DNA of 64,000 nucleotides from Candidatus Bathyarchaeia archaeon (lineage in GTDB: Archaea > Thermoproteota > Bathyarchaeia > Bathyarchaeales > Bathycorpusculaceae): NCBI GenBank assembly GCA_050015395.1, contig JBEKBM010000004.1, positions 1 through 64,000 of the forward strand, given 5' to 3'. Shown here in pieces: positions 1 to 8,050 of this stretch; position 1 is the first letter of the stretch; each line of letters begins with the position of its first letter. The notes beneath the pieces are model-generated. The model made no database searches, had not been told where the DNA came from, and saw only the letters and a list, made by a program, of their open reading frames with translations. A program made the translations under genes and the position numbers.

Positions 1-235
1 AATTTTGAAAAGAGATGCCTGAGCTTACTTGGTATACTAGTTATGAAGCCGAACATAATCCTGAGTATAAACGATTAGCAAATAAGCTTTAGACACCGAT
101 TAACATGAAAACGCAAACAGTCAGTTATGTTAAACTTTTTTGCTTCGTTATACGTTTAGCTACAACTAAGGATTTTACGTAAATAACTTCCATGTAACCT
201 CTAACTTTTCAAGCAACTGTGCGAACTTGCTAAGA

Positions 236-1612
236 TTATTTCAAAAGTTCGCTCTCAGTTGGAGGCTGCTTAATTAAGCCATGCTTCATCAACAGTTCAG
301 TTGATTGCCTGGCGTTTTGTATTATGGCGGAAGCCCGTTCGTATAATTCTTTCTTGCTGGGTTTTACTCTTGCAACGCCTTGCTCGATTGATTTTAATGC
401 GCATGCAACCGCTTCTCTTGGAAAAACTTCCCACTCATCCATTCTCGGCAAGATATCCTTCTCGTTTATTCCACGTTCTTCGGCGTAATTTGCCAGTTCC
501 TGCGCTGCTGCAATGCACATGTCGTCTGTGACAGTTTTCGCCTTTACGTCTAAGACGCCTCGGAAAATACCTGGAAACCCTAAGCTGTTGTTCACTTGGT
601 TGGGAAAGTCGCTTCTGCCTGTCGCTACAATTCGTGCTCCTGCTTCCTCTGCGTCCCAAGGCCAAATTTCAGGTATTGGGTTAGCGCATGCGAATATTAT
701 TGCATCTTTAGCCATTGTTTTAATCCATTCTTTCTTAATGGTGCCTGGACCAGGTTTTGAAGCAGCAACAACTGCATCCACGCCTTTGAATGCTTCTTGG
801 ATGTCGCCAGTTCTGCCTTCAGCGTTAGTTTTCTGTGTAACATCATATTTCCATGGGTCTTCTTCTTTTGTGATGTCTTTTCTGCTCTTATGAACAACGC
901 CTTTGCTGTCGACAAGTATTATGTTGCCTGGTTTAACGCCCCACTGCATAAGCACATAAGCTGTCCGAATATTTGCTGCTCCAGAACCAACCAATGTGAT
1001 TAAGCTTTCTTGCGGTTTTTTGCCCACGATTCTGAAAGAGTTAATTAGCCCTGCCAAGATTACCGTGGCGGTTCCCTGCTGGTCATCATGCCAAACAGGA
1101 ATGGTCAGTTGTTCGCAGGTTTTTTCAAGAATATGAAAACATTTTGGTTTCTCAATATCTTCAAGGTTAATGCCGCCGAAAGACGGCTCAAGAGCTTTGC
1201 AAATCCTAACTATTTCATCTGGGTCCTTGGTTCTTAGGCAAATTGGAAACGCGTCAACGCCGCCTAAATACTTGAACAGAAGCGCTTTTCCCTCCATCAC
1301 AGGCAGCGCCGCTTCAGGACCAATATCGCCTAAACCTAAAACACGCGTTCCATCTGAAACCACTGCCACGGAATTCCAGCGATTAGTTAATTCAAACGAT
1401 TTGTCAGGGTCCGCTTGAATTTCTCTACAGGGCGTAGCGACGCCTGGAGTGTACCAGATGGCAAAATCGTCAACGCTTCTGATGGCACATTTAGGAATGA
1501 CCTGCATTTTTCCCTCATAAAACCTGTGCATTGGAGAAGCTAACTGTGCAGGCTTCTTGGCTTTCGCAAGCAACTCATCAACGGTTGGTTTAACCTTTTC
1601 TGCTGAAACCAA
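236..1612 (-). CDS. NAD(P)-dependent malic enzyme
   Basis: 458-aa ORF with YTPGVA, DGTRVLGLGDIG, MEGKALLFK, INLEDI, HDDQQGT, GSGAA and GRSDFPNQVNN motifs. Confidence 0.95.
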   Translation of the reverse strand: MVSAEKVKPTVDELLAKAKKPAQLASPMHRFYEGKMQVIPKCAIRSVDDFAIWYTPGVATPCREIQADPDKSFELTNRWNSVAVVSDGTRVLGLGDIGPEAALPVMEGKALLFKYLGGVDAFPICLRTKDPDEIVRICKALEPSFGGINLEDIEKPKCFHILEKTCEQLTIPVWHDDQQGTATVILAGLINSFRIVGKKPQESLITLVGSGAANIRTAYVLMQWGVKPGNIILVDSKGVVHKSRKDITKEEDPWKYDVTQKTNAEGRTGDIQEAFKGVDAVVAASKPGPGTIKKEWIKTMAKDAIIFACANPIPEIWPWDAEEAGARIVATGRSDFPNQVNNSLGFPGIFRGVLDVKAKTVTDDMCIAAAQELANYAEERGINEKDILPRMDEWEVFPREAVACALKSIEQGVARVKPSKKELYERASAIIQNARQSTELLMKHGLIKQPPTESELLK

Positions 1613-1980
1613 AAGAACATCTCCTATTCAACCGCTAAATATCAACTGGTAGTTTTAAGCGTTTCCGTAAAGCGGGATTATCAGCTAATTCAGTTTATCT
1701 TTAGGGTTCGCTGTACTTCAAATTTTTTAGTGTAAAACAGCGTTTGGTTTGGGTTTATTTTAGTGAACAGGGCTTGGTTTTGGCTCTTTTTACCTGTCAC
1801 ACACGTTCATTGTTACTAGTCACGCATATTCATAGTTATACGTCACTGCAGCGCCAAATATTAGGACGACATGTCAGCTTTTGTGCTAGCGCAATCAGTT
1901 GTAAATAGTAGCCTCTCTCCCCTCTGTGAAAAACGTTGTTTGGGTTGCTTTTTTGGTTCAGGGCTTGAATTGGTTGCAGG

Positions 1981-2050
1981 TTGAGGCTAGAAAAGGTGCA
2001 AAAAGGCTAGAAAAGGTGCAAAAAGGCTAGAAAAGGTAAAAAAAGGTTAT
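1981..2050 (+). repeat. tandem decamer array AAAAGGNNNN (20-bp higher-order unit AAAAGGCTAGAAAAGGTGCA)
   Basis: read directly: ttgaggctag aaaaggtgca aaaaggctag aaaaggtgca aaaaggctag aaaaggtaaa aaaaggttat. Confidence 0.85.
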
Positions 2051-2077
2051 CGCCAACATGACCTAATCATGCTCCCG

Positions 2078-2194
2078 TTTGTGTGCGCACAAGCCTACCC
2101 CTCGGTCTAATAGATACTTCTAATATGCCCTAAATATGATTCAACATAGATGTGCATAGAACGAAGACCGCGCACTTTGCATGCAGAATTGGTG
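2078..2194 (+). repeat. dispersed non-coding repeat, copy A
   Basis: aligns by eye to 23936-24078 (reverse complement) and 59841-59982; shared core aaatatgattcaacatag...gcacttt.catg.aga. Confidence 0.85.
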
Positions 2195-2311
2195 AAATTA
2201 CATGTAGAATTGCGTGCAAATTTGTTAACTTAACATCTTTTCCTATAAAATTGGGTCAGCGATTATTGACGATTTCTCACAGCTTAGGGCTCGAAGCCGT
2301 CGCCTCACATC

Positions 2312-2379
2312 ATGGAGAGGCAAGACCCCGAAATGTACCTTTTACGCGATTTTGAGAAAGCCGAAATAGTAGGCGAAAC
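2312..2379 (+). repeat. 68-bp direct repeat copy 1 (gene remnant, MERQDPEMYLLRDFEKAEI...)
   Basis: 65/68 identical to 6180-6247. Confidence 0.85.
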
Positions 2380-2620
2380 GCTCATTGCATATTTCAAGGG
2401 TAGGCAAAATGCCAAGATTCGCCTTCAGTTTTATTCGCCTGCATTACTTCAAGAGGTCAAAGACTACAATTGAGGAATCAGCAAAATACTGCAAGTAACT
2501 GGCATGTTTAAAGCTATTTAAAAAGTATGGTATCTAAGAGGTCTATTTCTTCGCTGGTGTTTCTTTCAATTTTTGCTTTTCTTGCTTTTTTGCGTCTTTA
2601 GCTTCATCTCGATCTTGATT

Positions 2621-3304
2621 TCAAGGAACCTTTAAAGAGCAAAGTATCGCACGGATATCTCTTTTTTGAAGCGTATAATCAGATACGGCCTTATTCAGTG
2701 TCTGATAAAAGTTCCAGGCGTTAGGTTGAGATGTTCTATCAGACCCAAAATCTAACATGAGTGTTTCTTTGAAGGATTGCACTTTAAAGAGATGGTTGAA
2801 TGGAGCTCTGACTCCTGTGAAATAGGGTTTTCCGATAGTGACAATTTCGCTTAGAAGAGCTTGGCTGCTCTCATAAGTTGAAGTTTGGGATAACTGAAAT
2901 TCTTTGCGAACGGTTAAAACTAAAAGCCTCTTGTCAGTTGCAACATAATATTTGTTCGTCAAAAGACCGCTCTTATGGAACAAGAAATAGATGAATTCAT
3001 TTGGCTCTAAGAGTGAACATGCTTCTGGGTATTGTTTTTTTATGTCTTCTTGGATGAAGAGTACCTTTTTTTGGATCTGTTTTAGGTGTTCAACGTCTTT
3101 GGTTAGCACTTCTCCGCATTTAGGGCAGAACCAAGCACCGCTGGCTACAGGATTGGCGCATTTAGGGCAGTTGCTGGTCTGCTGAGGTACCAACGTTGTT
3201 TTATCTGGAGTAAGAGAAAGGCTTGCTCCGCAATATTCACAGTTCATACTTTCGCGTGGAATTAACGCTCCACAATTCGGACATTTTAAAGCTGCCAGAG
3301 TCAT
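2621..3304 (-). CDS. double zinc-ribbon domain protein
   Basis: CPNC-CEYC and CPKC-CPKC pairs at the N-terminus; C-terminal YVATDKRLLV segment is PH-like. Confidence 0.75.
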   Translation of the reverse strand: MTLAALKCPNCGALIPRESMNCEYCGASLSLTPDKTTLVPQQTSNCPKCANPVASGAWFCPKCGEVLTKDVEHLKQIQKKVLFIQEDIKKQYPEACSLLEPNEFIYFLFHKSGLLTNKYYVATDKRLLVLTVRKEFQLSQTSTYESSQALLSEIVTIGKPYFTGVRAPFNHLFKVQSFKETLMLDFGSDRTSQPNAWNFYQTLNKAVSDYTLQKRDIRAILCSLKVP

Positions 3305-3328
3305 TACTTTTTTTGCCTCTTTTTAGAC

Positions 3329-5095
3329 TCAGCCTTGCGGTTGCGTTGCCTTTCTTGCTTTTCTTAATACAAGCATAACTGCAACGGACACTGCTAATAT
3401 GATGAACAGCGACAAGATTACCGATGACGGAAACTCTGGAACAGTAGTCGTTGGAGTGGACCCAAGTGCTATAACTATTGTGTGGCTACTGTGATGATAC
3501 GTAAAAGTTATTATCCACACATTGTTCTCTGAAACGGAAGTATAATTAATTGCCCCCCCGTCTAATGTGACATTAATTTTTGAAATATCTGGGATAAGTG
3601 ATTGTGGAATGCAAACTTCTGTAAATCCCGTTGTTCCAGAAGGCCCAGAGACGCCGAAGCTTAACTCATTTGTTGTTGAGTCAAACGTTAAGCTTGTAAG
3701 TGTTGAATTTGAAGTTACAGAGAAGACATTTTGATTTTGATTATTGAAAGGTGCTACTGCAAAGTTGGATATTGTGCTTACACTTGAGTAGACGCCGTCT
3801 CCTGGCCATGTAGCTTTAATGACATCGTTACCTGAAGCCGAAGGCGTCCATGTAACAGAGAAACTTCCATTATTATCGGTGTTTACATAAGCTAAATCTT
3901 GCCAAGTAGCTCCTCCTGTGACACTGTCAGAAAGCTGTATTCCAGCACCAGATAAGCCTACTCCATTATATGTCAATGACCCCTGAATTTGAACGTTAAA
4001 TCCAGAAGTTGTCGTAGAACTTATGCAATAGAATGATAAGTTCGGGGATGGCAGTGGATTCACTGTAACTGAAACAGCGTTAGAAGCAGCAGACGTAACT
4101 GGTGTATTAGCACTATCAGTAACTTTGCAAGTAACCGAGTATGAACCAGCCGACCCGCTGAAAGAGTAAGTGTTGGAGTCACTTCCAACAGGTGAACCGT
4201 TCAGGTACCACTGATAAGTCAGTGTTCCCGTACCGCCAGAAGCACTGGCCGTAAAAGTCTGAGCTTGACCCGCATCCAAAGTAACTGGACCAACCGGCGC
4301 GATACTCACAGCCGGCACAGCACTCACCGTAATTGTAACAGCGCTAGAAGCAGCAGACGTAACCGGCACAGAAGCACTATCAGTCACCTTACAAGTAACT
4401 GAATGTGAAGTTCCCGAAGCAGTATAAGAATAACTTGCACTGTTAGAGCCAACCGCAGAACCGTCCAGATACCACTGATAATTAATTGTGCCTGAACCGC
4501 CACTGGCCGTAGCCATAAACACCTGAACTTGACCAACATCCATAGTAAGCGGACCAGCAGGCGCGATACTCACAGTCGGCGAAGCACTCACCGTAACCGT
4601 AACCACGTTAGAAGCCACAACAGCCCCAGCGCTGTCAGTCACTTTAAGCTCAAAGCTCCAAGACCCCGTAAGCGTAAGGCTGCCAGTGGAAATGCTCGTT
4701 GCACTCGAAGTCGCATAGCCAAGCGTTGAATAACTTAAAGCTCCAGGAGCCTTCGCCATCCACTGGTACGAGAACAGACCAGCGCCACCAGAAATATCAC
4801 CAGACACAGAAAGCGTGGAAGTCTGAGTCTGATCAACCGTAGTCGGAGAAGCAGAAACAGTCGGAGCAGCCAAAGTATCCACCACCGACATCGTATTGAT
4901 GCCGCCATTTGTAACATATGCGTATGCGCCGTTGGGCGTTACAGCCACACCCCAAGGAAAGCTTCCAACGGGTACCGTCGCCGTCACCGCCACCGCTCGA
5001 ACTGGCTGAGGCAATAATGCGAAAGCGTAGAACAAGAAGAAGATGACGAGAAGGATGTAGCCAACTCTCACCGTCTTTGTTGTCCCTCGCTTCAT
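3329..5095 (-). CDS. cell-surface protein: signal peptide, one YVTN repeat, Ig-like repeats, PEF-CTERM anchor
   Basis: N-terminal hydrophobic signal; PWGVAVTPNGAYAYVTN; repeated YQWY..G / CKVTDSA modules; C-terminal VPEF + TM helix + basic tail. Confidence 0.85.
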   Translation of the reverse strand: MKRGTTKTVRVGYILLVIFFLFYAFALLPQPVRAVAVTATVPVGSFPWGVAVTPNGAYAYVTNGGINTMSVVDTLAAPTVSASPTTVDQTQTSTLSVSGDISGGAGLFSYQWMAKAPGALSYSTLGYATSSATSISTGSLTLTGSWSFELKVTDSAGAVVASNVVTVTVSASPTVSIAPAGPLTMDVGQVQVFMATASGGSGTINYQWYLDGSAVGSNSASYSYTASGTSHSVTCKVTDSASVPVTSAASSAVTITVSAVPAVSIAPVGPVTLDAGQAQTFTASASGGTGTLTYQWYLNGSPVGSDSNTYSFSGSAGSYSVTCKVTDSANTPVTSAASNAVSVTVNPLPSPNLSFYCISSTTTSGFNVQIQGSLTYNGVGLSGAGIQLSDSVTGGATWQDLAYVNTDNNGSFSVTWTPSASGNDVIKATWPGDGVYSSVSTISNFAVAPFNNQNQNVFSVTSNSTLTSLTFDSTTNELSFGVSGPSGTTGFTEVCIPQSLIPDISKINVTLDGGAINYTSVSENNVWIITFTYHHSSHTIVIALGSTPTTTVPEFPSSVILSLFIILAVSVAVMLVLRKARKATQPQG

Positions 5096-5343
5096 TCTTT
5101 CACCCCACCATTAAACCCTTCGCTGATGTTAGCCGAGTAGACTACGCCGTCTACAACAGCAGGAGACGATTCAACCACGCCGCCAGTAGTGTAGTTCCAG
5201 AGCAGCGTACCAGCAAGCGCTGGATTGCCTGTTCCTGCGCCGCTTTGAGCAGGGCCAAAATGCACAGTAACAACTAAAATCAATACACCGATAATTATGT
5301 CTGTCAGGAATGCGCTCAATAGTGCTTTCTTTCTCATAGGCAA
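5092..5343 (-). pseudogene. truncated PQQ-like beta-propeller surface protein (signal peptide + first repeat)
   Basis: GAGTGNPALAGTLLWNYTTGGVVESSPAVVDGVVY matches the start of the repeat region of 29818-31188, then stops. Confidence 0.7.
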
Positions 5344-5505
5344 CTCTCTAACATTCGAATTTGCCTGCTTTACTTAATCTAATGTATGTTCTATCTCTTG
5401 TTTTAGCTTATATAATTTTTCGTGTATAAGTGAGTATATTTGAGTATTAACGCAATAAACATGAATGATGTGATAAGCTTGAACGAAAACGACACGGTTG
5501 AAACT

Positions 5506-5661
5506 ATGGCAAAAATTAGACTCCAGGTAACAGTAAGAGAAGACCTTGTAAAATGGACTGATGAACAAGTAGAGAAGCTGAGATTCGCAAGCAGGTCCCA
5601 CGCTGTCGAATATGCATTGACCCAGTTAAAGGAAAAAGAGAAGATAGACAAGAAAGCTTGA
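5506..5661 (+). CDS. ribbon-helix-helix (CopG-like) protein
   Basis: MAKIRLQVTVREDLVKWTDEQVEKLRFASRSHAVEYAL fits the RHH pattern; start could be as early as 5440. Confidence 0.7.
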   Translation: MAKIRLQVTVREDLVKWTDEQVEKLRFASRSHAVEYALTQLKEKEKIDKKA

Positions 5662-5889
5662 GCGCGATCAGATGCATTGTCCTCAAGCCATCGCTATTTT
5701 TCAGTAGCACATAAGCATCCGCAGGCCTCAAAGCACTAATCGACCAAAACAAGATCATAATCCGACAAAACGAACTGCTCCTAAGAGCTCTCAAGAAAAA
5801 CCCTTTAAGTGCCTATAGTAAAATGCACAAACTGTGGTCTACCGATCAGCAGCAAAAAAAGGCAGAGTTACATAAACTTGGATTAACAT

Positions 5890-6075
5890 TTATTCCAGTT
5901 TTTCTATAATTAGCCGCTTGTTTTCTACGTCTATTTTGACTTTTACTTTTTCTTCAAGTCTAAAAGGAAATACGCTATCTTTGGCGACTTCTGTGGGTAT
6001 GTAAACATAGTATTTGCTGTAGAGTTTTCCAGCGGTTTGAGTTGGTCTGTTAACCAATTTACTTTCGCTTTCCAA
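5890..6075 (-). CDS. small AbrB-like DNA-binding protein
   Basis: YVYIP..VAKDS.FPF...EKVKV.ID....LIIE swapped-hairpin-like pattern. Confidence 0.6.
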   Translation of the reverse strand: MESESKLVNRPTQTAGKLYSKYYVYIPTEVAKDSVFPFRLEEKVKVKIDVENKRLIIEKLE

Positions 6076-6179
6076 ATGCTAAAAAATAAGTTTGGGGAAA
6101 ATAACCCTAAAAAGGTCAACTATTTTTCTCTTTTTTCCTCATCAAGAAGCGGACTTACTCGCCAAGATTCTCATGGGAA

Positions 6180-6247
6180 ATGGAGAGGCAAGACCCCGAA
6201 ATGTACCTTTTACGCGACTTTGAGAAAGCCGAAATAAAAGGCGAAAC
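6180..6247 (+). repeat. 68-bp direct repeat copy 2
   Basis: 65/68 identical to 2312-2379. Confidence 0.85.
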
Positions 6248-6373
6248 TACTCTTAACATGGAGAAGCATCCCACGAAGAGTTAATAGAACCTTTGTTAGG
6301 ATACTGTTAAGTTAAGTGACCCAACAGAAATATAGGCAAAAGTTAAGTATTGAATCTAATAATCTACGTCTAC

Positions 6374-7204
6374 ATGATTGACGTACCAGAGCTTGATACT
6401 TTTCTAAAATCTGTCTTTTATGCCTTTAATTGCAATGCGCCAATTTACAAAGGAGTACTAACTAAAGAAACCCAAACATACTGTTCCTTTATTTTGTCTC
6501 AACAAGGAACATTTATGCGTTTTAAAGAATTGGTTGAACAATCAGGGCTAGGATTTCTATTTACCGTGGGGAGATGCAATTCAATGTATGGGGTTAACGA
6601 GTTAAAAACGCTTTATGACCCATATCTTCTGCTTGCAGCGCCCTTCCTAAAAATATATCCTAGATTACTTTATTCCAACGGTTTTATCCAAGAAACTCCT
6701 AACTTTGAAAAGCATGATTATTACTTCAGATATTATCCAAAGATGCTTGTCAAAATGTACATCAAGGATGGAGAAAAAATAAGATTAATTCCTTCAACAC
6801 ATTGGATTCTTGGAACACACAATTTGAACAATGTCACCGGAAGAACTATGATAAGCTATAATGTGGCTGTAAATGTTAATCTAAACACTATTGTTGAGGA
6901 AGAATTACATGGGCAAATCCAAAACTTACACAGCACTAGCAATACTCAGACAGTAGTTCGGCAAATAGAAATGGTAAACATAGGTCTAAAAAAAGAAATA
7001 GAAGAAAATCTTAACAGAATATTGTCTACTGAAGAGAAGAAATTCAAGGAACTAGGTAGCATCATTCATACAGAATTTGCATCTGAATTACGAACTATGC
7101 AGTGCTTTATCGATAAATTTGAATATGATGTACTCCAGAGTACAGAGCTAAATCTGCTACCTGATCCCACTGTTCAACCAGATGCGACACAAAAAGCAAA
7201 TTAA
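6374..7204 (+). CDS. hypothetical protein, possible degenerate PLD-fold (HKD without His)
   Basis: long AT-rich ORF (upstream TTG at 6350); RYYPKMLVKMYIKD...WILGTHNL resembles HxKxxxxD...GSxNL. Confidence 0.6.
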   Translation: MIDVPELDTFLKSVFYAFNCNAPIYKGVLTKETQTYCSFILSQQGTFMRFKELVEQSGLGFLFTVGRCNSMYGVNELKTLYDPYLLLAAPFLKIYPRLLYSNGFIQETPNFEKHDYYFRYYPKMLVKMYIKDGEKIRLIPSTHWILGTHNLNNVTGRTMISYNVAVNVNLNTIVEEELHGQIQNLHSTSNTQTVVRQIEMVNIGLKKEIEENLNRILSTEEKKFKELGSIIHTEFASELRTMQCFIDKFEYDVLQSTELNLLPDPTVQPDATQKAN

Positions 7205-7236
7205 TGAGAATAACAGTATTACAATAAGGGATATTC

Positions 7237-7389
7237 ATGAAGCAAACTAAACAAGAAAGAAAGGCACAGCCAGTTGATACTCTGCTTTCCGATAGTTTTT
7301 GCAGCAATCAAATATTTTATAACGACCTAGAAAAGCAACCTAAACTGTTTTCAAAACAACTGGCTTATGTAACCGCCAAGTCACAATAG
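7237..7389 (+). CDS. putative 50-aa micro-ORF inside the TIR element
   Basis: translated by hand: MKQTKQERKAQPVDTLLSDSFCSNQIFYNDLEKQPKLFSKQLAYVTAKSQ; AAGGGA upstream. Confidence 0.3.
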   Translation: MKQTKQERKAQPVDTLLSDSFCSNQIFYNDLEKQPKLFSKQLAYVTAKSQ

Positions 7390-7485
7390 CTATTTTATTT
7401 TTATTCGTTGTTTTATCTTCTTTTCATACTCTTTTTCCGTTATGATGCCTTTCTCAATGAGCAAGTCAACTAAGGCAGAGTGCAT
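7390..7485 (-). CDS. putative 31-aa SHOCT-like helical micro-protein
   Basis: translated by hand: MHSALVDLLIEKGIITEKEYEKKIKQRIKIK (L.EKGIIT..EYE pattern). Confidence 0.5.
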   Translation of the reverse strand: MHSALVDLLIEKGIITEKEYEKKIKQRIKIK

Positions 7486-7503
7486 AAAGCTTGCGATAAT
7501 TTT

Positions 7504-7902
7504 TTAGATTTCAAAATAAATTATGTGTATGTTGGTTTTATTATTGAGTCCTAATTTTGCTAGGTTTTGTTTTAACTCATTGATGCATGACTTAGGTATT
7601 CCAATGTAGAAGGGGCAAGTTTGGTCTTTCATGTTCCCACTGGCAACGGAAAGATTTGAAAAGATTTTGAATTGGTCATTGGTTCTTTCGTTGTCTAAAT
7701 CATCGCATGTTTTTGCTTCTCCTATAGCTATTAGCCCTTGTGAATTTTTTCCCATTATATCAGGAACTCTGCCTCCAATATTATCGCATTCAGGATAGCC
7801 ATCCCGAGCAGCAGCCTTGTAAATTTCAAAGCCTTCCTTTTTTAAATAATCCATAAGTCCATTTTGGATTTGTTTGTGTTCAGGGCTTTCTCCCGTTGAC
7901 AT
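7504..7902 (-). CDS. PD-(D/E)XK nuclease-like protein
   Basis: ES.EH helix followed by RVPDIMG...IAIGEAKT motif. Confidence 0.7.
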   Translation of the reverse strand: MSTGESPEHKQIQNGLMDYLKKEGFEIYKAAARDGYPECDNIGGRVPDIMGKNSQGLIAIGEAKTCDDLDNERTNDQFKIFSNLSVASGNMKDQTCPFYIGIPKSCINELKQNLAKLGLNNKTNIHIIYFEI

Positions 7903-8050
7903 ATGAATCGACTCTTTCTTTCCTTATGTTATCAGTAAGAATTTAAAACTTTGGAAGGCTTCTTATGTTGGGTCACTTAACTTAACAGTATCCTTTGTTA
8001 GTAACCTTTTAATCTACTCACTGCACTAAGCATAAAAAAGGTAAACAACA

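Larger units (their letters stand above)
6300..7992. mobile_element. non-autonomous TIR transposon with cargo genes (no transposase)
   Basis: perfect 27-bp TIR GATACTGTTAAGTTAAGTGACCCAACA at 6300-6326 and its reverse complement at 7966-7992; 9-bp direct repeat CTTTGTTAG at 6291-6299 and 7993-8001. Confidence 0.9.

Noticed and set aside
7390-7506. 31-aa ORF in frame after the stop of the PD-(D/E)XK gene (possible readthrough)
   Set aside because: The stop is TAA, not a Sec/Pyl codon, and the small ORF has its own ATG; a nonsense mutation cannot be excluded.
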